Below, piece by piece: positions 39,098 through 52,799 of a stretch of 64,000 nt of DNA. How positions within the stretch are numbered: the first letter of the stretch is position 1; each line of letters starts with the position of its first letter. Below the pieces are notes generated by a model, which was not told where the DNA came from, ran no database searches, and saw nothing but the letters and a program-made list of their open reading frames with translations. A program made the position numbers and the translations under genes. Source of the DNA: Xylographa opegraphella (taxonomy: Eukaryota); contig JALDZX010000003.1 of assembly GCA_022813865.1 (NCBI GenBank), forward strand, positions 434,001 to 498,000, given 5' to 3'.

Positions 39098-42000
39098 TCA
39101 CGTGGGCACAGGAGCTGCAGCACCCGTCATGCCCTCCACACTCTCCACCGGCCCACAAGTACAGAAGAGATTCATGTCACCGTATGCTACGAAAGGTATC
39201 AGCATCATGCGGTTCGTGTCCCACTACGATCGGACTCACCGTCATCGAGCCGGGTCACGCTGGGCCAAAACTTCTTCTCTTTCAGCCACGGCAACGGGTA
39301 CGCGGCGCTTTCCCGGCTATAACTTCTCTCCCACTTGTCACCCACGAGAAGGTCTTTGAGAGAATGCGGTGCCATCTTCAGCACGTTCCCATCGCGAGGC
39401 TGCTCACCCTTCTCGACCATCTCAATCTCCTTCCGTATGGATATCAAAGCATCGCAGAACTGGTCAAGCTCTTCTTTGCTTTCGCTCTCCGTCGGCTCGA
39501 TCATGAGGGTATTGGCAACAGGCCATGACATGGTTGGCGCGTGATATCCGTAATCCTGCAATCGTTTCGCGACATCAATGGCTTCGATGCCAGCGCTTTC
39601 TTTAAACTTGCGGACGTCGAGAATGAACTCATGAGCACATCGGCCAGCCGTGTTGGTGTACAAGACAGGATAATGCGGCTTTAACCGGGACAAAATATAG
39701 TTGGCGTTGAGCAATGTGATTTTCGTCGCATGCGTTAATCCTCGACCACCCATCATCTTGATGTAGGCCCAACTTATCGGCAGGATACTTGCACTTCCCC
39801 AAGGTGCCCCACTGACTGGTGCGATAGCGTTCTCCCCGCCAGTTTGAACAAGTGGATGACCAGGTAGAAATTGCGCCAGGTGGGATTTGACGCCGATGGG
39901 TCCGACTCCTGGACCGCCTCCTCCATGGGGAATGCAAAAGGTCTTATGTAGATTGAGGTGACAAACGTCGGCACCAATCTCGCCTGGAGAACAAAGTCCG
40001 ATTTGAGCATTCATGTTTGCGCCATCCATGTAAACTTGTCCACCGTGAGAGTGTACGATGTCACACATCTCCTTCACTTGCGGTTCAAACACACCAAACG
40101 TGCTAGGATATGTGATCATGATCGCGCCAAGTTCCTCACTATACTTCTCACATTTGGCTTTGAGATCGGTCATGTCGAGGTTTCCGGTACCAGTCTCACA
40201 TTTAATAGTGACGACTCGCATCCCGCACATGGCGGCACTGGCAGGATTCGTTCCATGCGCTGAGACCGGGATCAGACAAATATCTCGTTTCTTCCCGGGT
40301 TGCATCTCCTGATACTTTCGGATTACGCGAAGGCCAGTGAATTCACCCTGAGCTCCAGAGTTTGGCTGGAGAGACACGGCGTCAAATCCAGTTATTTCAG
40401 CCAGATCTCTCTCGAGCTCGTCGATCAAAATAGCATATCCTTTGGCTTGATCAACAGGCACAAAAGGGTGTATTGAAGAGAACTCCGGCCATGAGATCGG
40501 AATCATCTCTGTCGTTGCGTTGAGCTTCATCGTACACGAGCCAAGAGGAATCATAGAATGTGTCAGGGAGAGGTCTTTCGACTGGAGGTGGTGGATATAA
40601 CGCAATAGCTCTGTCTCTGAGTGATGTGTATTGAAGACCGGGTGGGTCAGGAATGATGATGTCCGCTTCATTGTTGATGATGATGATACATCTCCGAGAC
40701 TGTTCAAATCCAACTCCGCGATAATCTCTCCCAAACTAATGGAGGCCTTCGTAGAGGCAAAGTGCTCGAAGATACTCATGATGTCGAGCAAATCTTGTGT
40801 ATCCACAGTCTCGTCAATCGTAATTCCCAACTTGTTAGGATTGATTATCCTAAGATTGATGGACTTATGCTCAACCGCCCATGCTGCAAATTTGGACGCA
40901 TTCTCCGTGCCTACTTCAACAGCAATTGTGTCAGACGCTGTTCTCCCGTCCCTGGATTTGCCGGTCGTCCCCGTGCTGAATCCTAGTCTACGTACACCTT
41001 CTTCAAGAACACGTGCACCAACGATTGCTCGTTCAGCAATGGCTTTAAGTCCAACTGGGCCATGATACACAGCATAAAAGGCACTCATATTTGCTAAAAG
41101 TGCCTGCGCTGTACATATATTGCTGGTGGCCCTCTCTCGTCTGATATGTTGCTCCCTCGTTTGGAGAGCAAGTCTCATAGCCTTGTCACCCAGCCTGTCC
41201 TTTGAGACCCCAATTAGTCGTCCTGGAATTTTCCGTTTGTACTTTTCACTGCAAGCAAAAAAGGCCGCATGGGGGCCTCCATAACCGAAAGGAACTCCCA
41301 GCCTTTGCGCATTGCCGAACGCAATATCTGCGCCAAATTCTCCTGGAGGCTTCAGAACTGTCAAGGCAAGCAAGTCTGTCGCAACACAAAAAGTGGCCCC
41401 CAGTCCGTGAATTGTATCAGCGAGACCTTGAAAGTCTTCCACCCCTCCTTCTGTGTCCGGGTACTGCACAAGGGCACCAATGAGATCATCTCCGGCTTCC
41501 TTCACTTGGTGTCCTCCATTTGCAAGTATGTCCACTACCTGTATACTGATCTCGAACCCTTCTGCTCGTGATCTCAATACTGCGATTGTTTGTGGATGGC
41601 ACAAATGGGAAACGAGGAACGTCTTGCCGGCCCGCTTTTGACGAGCAGCTGGTAATGCATTCATGGCAAGTGTCATGGCTTCAGCAGCGGCTGTAGGCTC
41701 ATCTAACACAGATGCATTCGAGATCGATAGAGCAGTGAGGTCAGATACCATGGTCTGAAAATTGAGGAGTGACTCTAGGCGTCCTTGACTGATCTCAGGC
41801 TGATAAGGGGTATAGCTGGTGTACCAGCCTGGACCTTCCAGCACGTTTCGCTTGATGACCTCGGGAGTCCTTGTACCAGCATAGCCACACCCAATGTAAC
41901 TTCGCATAACCTTATTGCCGCTCGCTATTGTACGCAGTCGAGCGATCAATTGACTCTCGGTGAGACCATTTTCACCAGCTAGTCCCTCTTTCTGCTCCTG

Positions 42001-42372
42001 TCCCTCAATTTTAAGATTCCTTGAAGAAAGTATGCCTGCGGGCAGAACCTCTCTAGTAAAATCGTCAAGTGACTTGGTCGGAGGATCTAGGCTTTGGAGC
42101 ATCTGCTGCGTCGAGCTTGGTGATGGTCCAATATGACGACGTGAGAAAGTGTCGAGAGGTGCCAGCATATCGGCGTTTTGGGCAGCTTTGACATGTTTGA
42201 CAATGTCATTAGTCTTGTCAATCGTGGAGCTAGAGTAAAATGGCCGTCGTGACAATGCATTGGAGCCTTGAAAGAGGAGTCGGCGGTGGAGTATTGAACA
42301 TGTTGATAGTTGTGTGGCATGTGCCCCCAGAACGATAGGTGGCTTTGCCAGCCTCACAATGCCTCTACGCAT
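39098..42372 (-). CDS. GCV2: Glycine decarboxylase (glycine cleavage P protein), mitochondrial; one 3' intron
   Basis: RRHIGP, YTPYQPEISQGRLE, ATSNICTAQALLAN, MIPLGSCTMKLN, LNLHKTF, KFWPSVTRLDD|AYGDMNLFCTC. Confidence 0.96.
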
Positions 42373-43106
42373 TTCGATCTATGTCTCCTGCGTCAGTTGC
42401 TATAACGACAAGCTCCTCAATGAGACATGTTGGAAAACAATGAAGGGGCGAGGTGGTGACATTGATCTAATTATCGTGCCCGTCGGATATAGTTTTCTTA
42501 TCGATTGGTGCTTCAAGCGCGAGACCCTGCCTCGATAAGGTACTTTATGCGGGGTTAAGACCTAAGCGCGTTAACATCCGCAACCGCCACTTAGGTACCT
42601 TAGGTAGGTACCATATCGAACACAAGGTATTTGCTGAAAAGTACGGCGTTTATAGTTATTTTTGACCTGGATTAGCGTCGGTACATTACAACTAATAGCA
42701 CAGAAAGTCTATGATTAAGGGATGTATCTCCCACAGTATCAGGATGGCGTCGGAGAAAGGTATCGTATGTAAGATGTTACAAAAGCAGAGTTCATATCAA
42801 CAGCTTCGGTGGTTTAGTCCACTATCTTAAGTCTCCGGGATTTTGTATCATGCTCTTGAAAGTCGCGAACCAATCGCCCAGCTCTACCATGATCAGGCGT
42901 GAGATTCTCTGAGCCTCTACTTATTTCCGATAACTCGCTTCGATCTGAATCTTCCTCCTCGACCTCTGAACGCCACAATCCGGCCCTTCGCCTAACTCGT
43001 TTTACATGTCGGTTATACGGGCACGCTCGACGACGATGAACATCCCAGTAGTCCCTTATATATCTCTTGTATAACATTGACCAATATTCGTAATATCATT
43101 TCCAAA

Positions 43107-43855
43107 CTAGGCTTTAATATCAAAGCTTGTCCCGCACCCGCAACTACTTGTTGCAGCCGGATTCCCCACGATCTTAAATTGACTTCCAATCAGCTCCATG
43201 GTAAAATCGACCTGGCTACCTTTCAGCAATTCCAGGCTCGGTTCATCCATCACCACCTTCGCCCCAGTGCCGTCAGTTGCCTCGAACACGGTATCATCTT
43301 CCGCAGATATTTTCGCAGAATTAGTGAGCGACATGAGGTATTGGAAACCGTGACAGCCACCAGACTGCACAGTCACCCGTAGAGCGAGGGATGGGTTGTC
43401 GTCTTTGGCCATAATTTCTCGAAGACGCTGAGAGGCATCAGTTAGGAAAAGTCTTAGAGGCAGAGTGAGCAGTAAGGATACAAGTATTGTGGGATTACCT
43501 TTGAGGCTCGGGGCGTAATATCAATAAGCATATCGTTACCATCCTCGTCTTTGCGCGGATTAGCAGTGACAACGGCAGCGCGGCTTTGCGAGGAAGAGGT
43601 AAAGGATCGCGGGACGGATCGCTGTACAAATGGAATGCCAGACGTCTTCGAGGGCGGTGGTAGCTTTACTGCTGTGCTTCTGGAGAAGCCCCTCTGCTGA
43701 GTGAAAGCTGGGAGGAGGAAAGATGGGATCCTCTCAAAGTCGTTATGCACAAGGATATTGGCTACAGGTGTGGTGCCATGATGCTTCGCAAACAGAACTG
43801 ATGTACGACTGGTATCGAGACATCTTATACATGAACGCATCGTAATCTTCATCAT
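43107..43855 (-). CDS. ISA2: A-type Fe-S cluster carrier Isa2 (HesB family), 1 intron
   Basis: LRVTVQSGGCHGFQY, ELIGSQF, SSCGCGTSF, with an Arg/Ser-rich presequence-like N-terminus. Confidence 0.92.
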
Positions 43856-44630
43856 CTAGCCAGAAAGTCTCGGATACGGTGGTTGCCGTGATTATTTGTT
43901 GTATTCTTTCAAACGTGATCCGTGAGGCAAAACATCGGACACTGATAAGTTTTGAGGACCTCGGGATATCGTAATCGGCTTAACGTTGTTCCGATATTGC
44001 CCTGGATTGACCATTCCAGTAGCGCAAGTCGAGCACCTGAAAAGATATTTAGCAAGTCTGGTATGCGAAACCAGGACTCAAATAAATTCATGATGGATTT
44101 CAAAGCAGCAAACTCAATATTTTTGATGACAAAACATGCTATTGCGTTGCATATTTATTCCCCGTAGCTCCATAGCCAGCGAGCTCCTTTCATGCACCTC
44201 TCGGAATCGATAGACGCGGCTCAAGGCGTTAGATGTGTGGCTGCTTGCGCCAGACCAGAGCATACTTTATATCACTATTCTCGTAATGAAATCTGTCGAT
44301 CACAGAGAACGGTGAGCAAGAGAAGTCACAACCCTTGATAGCAGAGGCGTCTACTAAGGACAGGAGTTCCGACGCTGAAGCACAGAACTCGAAGAAAAGA
44401 AGCGTATTACCATAGGACCTAGGCGCTGCCTTAGACTGGGCTGTGGGAGTACCTTAGCTGATCCCGTACCACCCGGCCTGAGGACAAAAGATTCCCGCCT
44501 GTCAAGGAGATTTTTAAGCGATGCCGCGCGCGGATAATCTTGCTACTCTTAGCGGATCCTTTGCTCGGAGGCTTGTGACGACATAGCGTAGGCTTGTCTT
44601 AAGAACTTCCCCAGATCCTGACTCCCCACT

Positions 44631-46474
44631 ATGGCTTATTCCAAGTCAAACCCCTTCATGGATACTGATGTACGTTCCCGCGAATATGCGGTAGAACTTG
44701 ACAGAAATGACTCTCTACGACATTTCCGGAATGAATTTCTCGTTCCTACCAAAGCAGATCTAAGGTCAAGGACTTTGGCCACTTCTCGTACGCAGAGCTT
44801 GTCTGTGATTTCTGCGATAACATTGCTCTAACCTGGTGTCCTCTTATCAGCGCTGCGAGATGCCGCCGGGTTGGAAGAGCCTTCGATATATCTCTGCGGA
44901 AATTCGTTAGGTTTGCAGCCACGACGAACCTCTGAACGGATCCAGTCCCATCTCACGACATGGGCTAAGAAAGGTGTTTTTGGACACTTTGTAGAGCACC
45001 ACGATTCTGCTTTGCCTCCATTTCTGCATGTTGACCATGCAGCGGCGAAGAAGATGGCTCCCATTGTGGGAGCATCAGAATCTGAAGTAGCTGTTATGGA
45101 GACTTTGACGGCTAATATACATCTCCTCATGTCGAGCTTTTATAAGCCAACGAAGGAGAAATTCAGAATCATCATGGAAGGAAAAGCATTTCCCAGTGAT
45201 CGTGTACGGAAGTTTCCATTGTCACTACATCACTTGCCGAACCTATTTATCGTTTGTACACAGCGCTTCAGTTTTCAAAAAGCTGTTGAAGCCCTTAATA
45301 TGTCCCTATACAATCATCAGATTCCGATTTCTAAGAGCCAAATTGCTCGTGAAACAGCCTTGATCAACTCTGCCTGACCTCTGTGCACCAGCATCCCTTC
45401 TGCAACTTCATAGCTAATACTGCGACAATTCCAATAGTATGCTGTAGAATCCCAGATTCGCCACCACGGGCTTGATCCCAAGGACGCGATCATACTTTTG
45501 GACCCAATTGAGCCATCGACCTCTATTGTCAGTACCTCTCAAGTTTTGGCTACCATCGATAAATACGCGTCTTCCACCGCTCTAGTCTGGCTACCGGGCG
45601 TTCAATACTATACAGGCCAATACTGGGACATCAAAACCATCACAGCCCATGCGCACTCCAAGGGTCTTCCAATCGGCTGGGATCTTGCTCATGCAGCCGG
45701 GAACGTTGAACTACAACTGCACGACTGGGATGTCGACTTTGCTGTTTGGTGCAGTTACAAGTATCTCAACTCCGGACCCGGCGGTATCGGCGCACTGTTT
45801 GTCCATGAGAAGCACGGGAAAGTAGACATGGAAGCTATGGACCAAGGCAAGCAAGGTTACCGCCCACGATTAAGCGGGTGGTGGGGAGGCGACAAAGCTA
45901 CCCGGTTTTCTATGGGGAACAGTAAGTCATCCTTCACATCAATTCGAATTGTTCCATTGACTAGTCCCCAGGCTTTCTTCCAATACCAGGAGCAGCAGGT
46001 TTCCAAGTCGGCAACCCGTCCGCTCTTGCCCTAACGGCGGTTCTTGCGTCCTTAGAAATTTTCGCAGAAACCGACATGAAAGTTATCCGTACAAAGTCCA
46101 TCAACATCACAAACTACCTCGAGGAGCTCCTTCTTCAGCCCCCCAGTCATGGATCTTCCAACCCCTACCGGATCATTACCCCTTCAGCGCCGGAGGAACG
46201 CGGAGCGCAGCTAAGTGTGCTTCTTGAGGAAGGTTTGCTCGATGGTGTCATGGCTGAATTAGAGAGTGCGGGAATTGTCGTAGACGAGAGGAAGCCAGAC
46301 GTGGTAAGAGTTGCGCCGGCGCCATTATATAATTCATATACAGATGTGTGGGATTTCGTGAGAATATTCAGAGAGGCTTGCGAAAAGGTAAAGGGAACTC
46401 GGGATGCTGGAGCGAACGGGAGCGTGATGGCAAACGGGGGCAAGGAAGAGAAAGGCTGGGGGTTGATAAAGTAG
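44631..46474 (+). CDS. BNA5: Kynureninase (PLP-dependent), 3 introns
   Basis: [75 protein letters not shown]. Confidence 0.95.
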
Positions 46475-46672
46475 GCAATGTATGGGGGCATCTCTTGGAA
46501 TATAATTCCAAGACTCTATTCGATCTGGAAAGCAGAAAGCATGAACAAGTCACTCTACGGATATTAATGCATGAACCAGATGCACTGTGAAGACCAGGCT
46601 TAAGCCGTTCTTCGCGTTTATCTTTTCTACCGCCGTATACCCACCAGGACCACCACCGCTGCTCGTTTGCTC

Positions 46673-47343
<671 letters not shown>

Positions 47344-47940
47344 AGTGATTGGTGGTGGAGGAGTGGTTCTGCTTGAGGAGTCGTTCCTTATTCAACAGTG
47401 AAACGCAACGCAACGCAACAGACTTGCGGAATTCACTCCCCACGGTGTGCCCTAATTTAGCGGCCGTTGATATAAGCTAGTTTCGGGTAAAAGTTTTCCC
47501 GACATGCATTCACGAAAAAAATCTTCCGATCCCATATTGCTACCGATGCAACACAGGTTCTCGGTGCTGGCTTCTTCGACAGAAGTGCACGATGAGGCTG
47601 CTAAAAAGTCGAAGCCTCGTCATGACTATCTACAATTGCCATCGGTCGTGGCTACTCTAGTGGAGCTTCTCTGAGCAATATTCCCGAAGTGCGGGGCACG
47701 TCATAATGACCTTAAGCTACAGAAACTACGGGAACTTTGGTGCTTGTTAATGTAAATTGCTGTGAACTGCTTGTTTCTTGCCATGCGATCAGATGTAATC
47801 ATTCTTTCAGTCTAAGCTTTATTGTCAGCACTGACAGGAGCTGAACCATACCACCCGAACCCTGACTTTTAAGGAAGCCGTAGGAAGTGGACATGCTCGG
47901 CACGGGTTAAGGGAAGCTGGAACTTAAAGTCTCTCACACC

Positions 47941-49237
47941 ATGGCCCATTCGGCTCCGGATCTCCATATACCCTCCACGGATTCAATAGTTCAGGTTTCT
48001 ATTATTGACACCACGACGCATATCGGTGCTATCCCGAATGGACTTTTCATGGTACCTAACATACCAGGTTACGAATATCTCAATTGTCCCTCTTACTCGT
48101 TCCTGATTGAACATTCGTCTGGTCGGAAGATCCTTTTTGACCTTGGAATTAGAAAGGATTGGGAGAATCTTGCTCCCAAAGTCTTTTATAGGCTCAGAGA
48201 CTCTAAATGGGACATTAGAGCCTCGAAAGACGTCCGAGAGATTTTAGAAGACGAAGGATTTGACCCCGGTACAATAGATGGCATTATATGGAGGTTTGAT
48301 GACCCTAATTTCTGCTCTCTAATCGCTTTCCATATATAGTACGGCGATCAGCGTGAAACTGACATCTCTCAAGTCATTTTCATTTTGATCACCTTGGCGA
48401 TCCTTCGCGATTCTCGGAAAAGGCGGATCTGATTGTTGGTCCGGGATTCAAGGAGGCTTTCATGCCTGGTTATCCAGAGGATCTTGAAGGGTCCATTAGA
48501 GTCTCTGATTATGAGTTCGTACATCCTCGCAGATCGTAGATTTTGTGTTAAACGCGCAATGTCAGCACTAGACAGACTGAACAGACTAATATGTGCTATC
48601 GAACAATTGTAGGGGTCGCAATATTTTTGAAATCAATTTCAGTGCAAAACCTCTGAAGATTGGAGATTTTCCTGCGTACGACTTCTTCGGAGATGGCTCT
48701 TTCTACCTTTTGGACTCGCCGGGTCATACCGTCGCTCATCTCTGTGGACTCGCCCGGACAACAACAGGTCCTGGTGGAGATACCTTTATATTGATGGGTG
48801 GCGACTTCGCTCACCACGGTGGAGAATTTCGTCCTTCGCCATACCTTCCATTACCGACTTCAATCCAACCGCATCCTTTCAAAAACATGAGAGGACATTC
48901 GCCGTCTTGTCCGGGCTCTATTTTCGAGAAGGTGCATCCGGCAATCACTCAAAAAAGGGACGGTGGAGATGGCAAATGGATGACAGAGCCCTTTTTCCGA
49001 CCAGGACTCGAAACCACGCATGACCTGGAGCAATGTGTCAACACAATTAAGAAAGTCCAGGAAGCAGATGGCCATGAGCAAGTATTGGTAATATTTGCGC
49101 ATGATGAGGCACTAGTGGATGTTGTGGAATTCTTTCCAAAGAAAGCAAATGAATGGCTCAAAAAGGGTTGGGGTGCTAACACGAAATGGATGTTTTTAAA
49201 GGACTTTCAGAAAGCGGTTGAAGCGCCGGTTATTTAG
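47941..49237 (+). CDS. Metallo-beta-lactamase-fold hydrolase (lactonase-like), 2 introns
   Basis: SFLIEH, LFDLGIRKDW, IIWS|HFHFDHLGD (HxHxDH), DFFGDGSFYLLDSPGH, GGDFAHH, AHD. Confidence 0.9.
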
Positions 49238-49394
49238 TTTTATATGTTTTTACCGAAATGCTTTTCGCAGTATAGGCCAGCTACTATTCACTTCAAAGCT
49301 GATAATATCGCTCAGCATAAGACACTATTGTGAAAAGCGACCATAACACATCCACTCTTGTCTCTCCTGTTGTGCTTGTCCTGAGGAGTCCGGC

Positions 49395-49547
49395 TTGCCT
49401 CAATACCTCAGACGTGTAGGGCGCTAAGCCCCTTCGGGTTAGCTTATTGCTGACTAACAAACTAGGAGCAAACACCCTAACTTGCTAGTCAGCAAAAAGC
49501 TAACCCGAAGGGGCTTAGCGCCATACACGTCTGAGGTACTGAGGCAA
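49395..49547. mobile_element. Non-autonomous fold-back element (MITE) with ~66-bp terminal inverted repeats and an 8-bp TSD AGTCCGGC
   Basis: Left arm TTGCCTCAATACCTCAGACGTGTAGGGCGCTAAGCCCCTTCGGGTTAGC... is near-perfectly complementary to the right arm ...GCTAACCCGAAGGGGCTTAGCGCCATACACGTCTGAGGTACTGAGGCAA. AGTCCGGC lies at 49387-49394 and 49548-49555. Confidence 0.9.
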
Positions 49548-49745
49548 AGTCCGGCAAAACGTTGTCTCCGGATTACGTAACACATAAACGACAACAACAA
49601 AGGATCTCAACCTTAGACAGTTCAGATACAGAAGGAAGTTCACCTTGGTATGTCTGCCACTACTGTATTAGACTGGCAACACAGCACTTCTGTAAATTTG
49701 AATTTTGTCCTAGCAGCCAATCTTGGTAATGACCCTTGAAAGAGC

Positions 49746-52700
49746 ATGGATCCTTCAACTACTTCCAGTATCCCTCGTTTGTCCAGACTACCTTTACCAC
49801 GTACAAGTCGTATACCCACTCAATCCAGTGGTCCAAATTCCCGTCAGTCTACAAAAGTTTCTCCAAAGTCTACAAATACCGCTGGCCTTGCGGGAGTGGT
49901 GCAGGTGACAAGTACCAGAGCTTCTTCACTAGGCTTGACGACTGGAAGTCATGCCGAGAACGGACAGTCTCGAAGTGAGGTTTCCGTGGACACAGTCGAC
50001 TCTTCGTCGGGTACAGATGTATCAACGCCTCAGGATGACATACTAGACCTCTCTGTATTGACCGAAAGCACCTCCGCCGTTTCGGCAAACACTGAGGTTC
50101 TACAAGCCATGGAAGGACTCAAAATTGGGAGAAAATCACGCCCATCTCTATCCGACCGCACAGTCGAAACACTATCACAAATACCGCCTTCGCCGTCACC
50201 ACGGCGTCGACAATCAGGTTTTTTCACCAATGAAAGTCCAATGCTACCTCCTGCACGCGCTGCTTCCACCATGACTTATTCGCGACCTAGCTCGAGAGCT
50301 AGTTCGTCCAATGTATCAGTCCAGCCTATGTCTCCTACTAAATCCCAAAGACTGTCTAAAATCGGCGCACCACCAAGTTCATCCACACCCAGTAGAAGAG
50401 CTGTCAGCACCTATTTGCCTCGAAGCTTGATCAAATCAGGTCACAATGCCTCTGACACCATCGAGTCAAAAAGGTATACAGGAGCAAACGTGACAAGCCC
50501 GTCGACAAGCATCCCAACGCCTAGAACGCAGATTAAGCGAGCATTACATGGCAGTAAAACTATTGCTGCAAGACCGACCTCCTTGCGAGCTCCAATTCAG
50601 TCCTTGTTCAAGCAAGAAGGAGCAGAGATCCCTGATCCTCCTAAAGACTCCGACATAGATATCGGTAGCGCGATAAGCAATGATAAATTTCCACAAGGAT
50701 ATACCCGCCCAAAATCAAGTGGACCTCTTGCATCGAAGCCGGTATCACGGAAGTCTACCAAGAACTCGCTTAAGGAGTTCAGTGAACCACCAGTTGGAGA
50801 AGTGCGAAAAATTTCTGCATCATCACAAAGCCTGAGGGAGACCATTGCAAAAGCAAAAGCAACTCATAGGGGGGCTGAATCTGCACTTCTCAAGTCCGCT
50901 TCTGTCCCAAGGTCTGTCGAGAATGAGCAAACACCAATTGGTGCATCCGAAGTCGATGCCTTCTCGCTCGACTTGTCTGAGCACACTACAACGAACGTTC
51001 TTCGCAAACGCATTGATGTCGCGAAGATGGAGGGAAAGCTGAATATCGCTGCGCTCGGTCTGACGGAAATTCCAAGACAAGTATTACATATGTATGAACA
51101 CAATGATAGTGGGAGCATCCCGTGGTACGAGACTGTCGATCTCACAAGATTTAATGCAGCAGATAACGAACTCACCGACATTAATGTTGCATTTACTCCT
51201 ACTAAACTTAACGAGAACGATGACGAGAACGAAGATGCTACTGGTGGCGTTTTTGCTAATTTGGAGTCCATTGATCTGCATGGGAATCAAATAACTACTG
51301 TACCACCTGTTTTCAGTTTATTATCACGCTTGACCACGCTCAACCTATCAAGAAATCGAATCACAGTTGATGCCGTCTTTGTGCTTATGGGCATCCAAAG
51401 CCTTAAGGAGCTGCGACTTGCCGAAAACTCTCTGCAGGGTCATATTCCGGACTGCGTATGTGAACTGGAGAATTTGGAAATCCTGGATATCCATGAAAAT
51501 GCAGTCAGCAGTCTACCGAAGAGCCTTGGACGTCTGACGAAGCTGAAGATCCTCAATATTAGCGGCAACAAATTCACGTCGTTACCCTTCAAAGAACTGG
51601 CGCAGATATTGTCTCTTGTAGAAATCATGGCTTCCAAAAACAGATTGGATGGCACTTTGCTACCGTCATTCCCAATAGTTCTTACAACCTTGAAGACCTT
51701 GAATGTATCCCACAACGCACTGGTTTCCATCACAGATCACGAGGTTGAGATGCCGGCCCTACTATCTGCGGACCTCTCTAACAATAGAATCTCTCGTTTG
51801 CCAGGCTCAAAAGCTTGGCCCAAGCTTACTACTCTCATTGCTAATGAAAACCAGATAAAAGCACTGCCTTCGGACTTTGCGTCCATGAAATACCTGAGGG
51901 CTGCAGATTTCAGCTCAAACAGTCTTACCAAAATTGACGACACTCTAGCACCAATGGATTGTCTCGTAACCATGCGTCTTACGAACAATCCTCTCCATGA
52001 ACGGAAGCTCGTGAATATGACAGCTGATGAGCTGAAAGCTACGTTACGAACCAGACTGTCCAGTCCTCTTTCGGAGTCTTCGGTCGATCTCGGCGCAATG
52101 ACGCATGACAATGGTGGGCAGCCATCTGCACTATGGGTGGTCAAGTCAGGTACATTGGACAGATCGAGATGCAAGCTTCGAGAGCTGGAATATGCAGAAT
52201 TAGAAACTGCAGCAACAGACGCCACGGTCAAATCGCTAATTCTGCATCACAACCTCTTCCAGCAGATCCATCCGGCAATTGCCGTCTTTACAAACACTAT
52301 GGTCAATCTGGATCTTTCTCACAACAAGCTTGGCTTGAATACCGAGTACTTAGCGCAGCCACTTGCACTTCAGCTACTACAGACTTTCAATCTAACATCG
52401 AATGCTCTGCTTTCTCTAGATCCACTAGTACAGTATCTTTCAGCTCCCAAATTGGCTTCCCTGAATATATCTTTCAACCGCATCACATCTCTTCCGTTCC
52501 TACGCGGAGCATTTCCAGGCCTGTCAACGCTTCTGGCATCTAACAACGCTGTTATAGAGTTAGATGTCGAATCAGTACGTGGTCTGCAGACCTTAGATGT
52601 GAGCAGCAATGAGATTGAGCACTTACCTCCCCGACTGGCTCTCCTGCAGGGTCAAATGAGAACATTGATGGTTGGTGGCAACAAGTTTCGCGTTCCTGGA

Positions 52701-52799
52701 TGGGGTGTACTCGAAAAGGGGACAGATGAAATCCTTAAGTGGTGTAAGCTAAGGATTCCAGCTGGCGAGGAGGGATCCTTGGTTGATGAGATAGACTGA
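49746..52799 (+). CDS. Leucine-rich-repeat protein with a long S/P/T-rich N-terminus
   Basis: 1017-aa single ORF with many LxxLxLxxN repeats in the C-terminal half. Confidence 0.88.
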   Translation: MDPSTTSSIPRLSRLPLPRTSRIPTQSSGPNSRQSTKVSPKSTNTAGLAGVVQVTSTRASSLGLTTGSHAENGQSRSEVSVDTVDSSSGTDVSTPQDDILDLSVLTESTSAVSANTEVLQAMEGLKIGRKSRPSLSDRTVETLSQIPPSPSPRRRQSGFFTNESPMLPPARAASTMTYSRPSSRASSSNVSVQPMSPTKSQRLSKIGAPPSSSTPSRRAVSTYLPRSLIKSGHNASDTIESKRYTGANVTSPSTSIPTPRTQIKRALHGSKTIAARPTSLRAPIQSLFKQEGAEIPDPPKDSDIDIGSAISNDKFPQGYTRPKSSGPLASKPVSRKSTKNSLKEFSEPPVGEVRKISASSQSLRETIAKAKATHRGAESALLKSASVPRSVENEQTPIGASEVDAFSLDLSEHTTTNVLRKRIDVAKMEGKLNIAALGLTEIPRQVLHMYEHNDSGSIPWYETVDLTRFNAADNELTDINVAFTPTKLNENDDENEDATGGVFANLESIDLHGNQITTVPPVFSLLSRLTTLNLSRNRITVDAVFVLMGIQSLKELRLAENSLQGHIPDCVCELENLEILDIHENAVSSLPKSLGRLTKLKILNISGNKFTSLPFKELAQILSLVEIMASKNRLDGTLLPSFPIVLTTLKTLNVSHNALVSITDHEVEMPALLSADLSNNRISRLPGSKAWPKLTTLIANENQIKALPSDFASMKYLRAADFSSNSLTKIDDTLAPMDCLVTMRLTNNPLHERKLVNMTADELKATLRTRLSSPLSESSVDLGAMTHDNGGQPSALWVVKSGTLDRSRCKLRELEYAELETAATDATVKSLILHHNLFQQIHPAIAVFTNTMVNLDLSHNKLGLNTEYLAQPLALQLLQTFNLTSNALLSLDPLVQYLSAPKLASLNISFNRITSLPFLRGAFPGLSTLLASNNAVIELDVESVRGLQTLDVSSNEIEHLPPRLALLQGQMRTLMVGGNKFRVPGWGVLEKGTDEILKWCKLRIPAGEEGSLVDEID

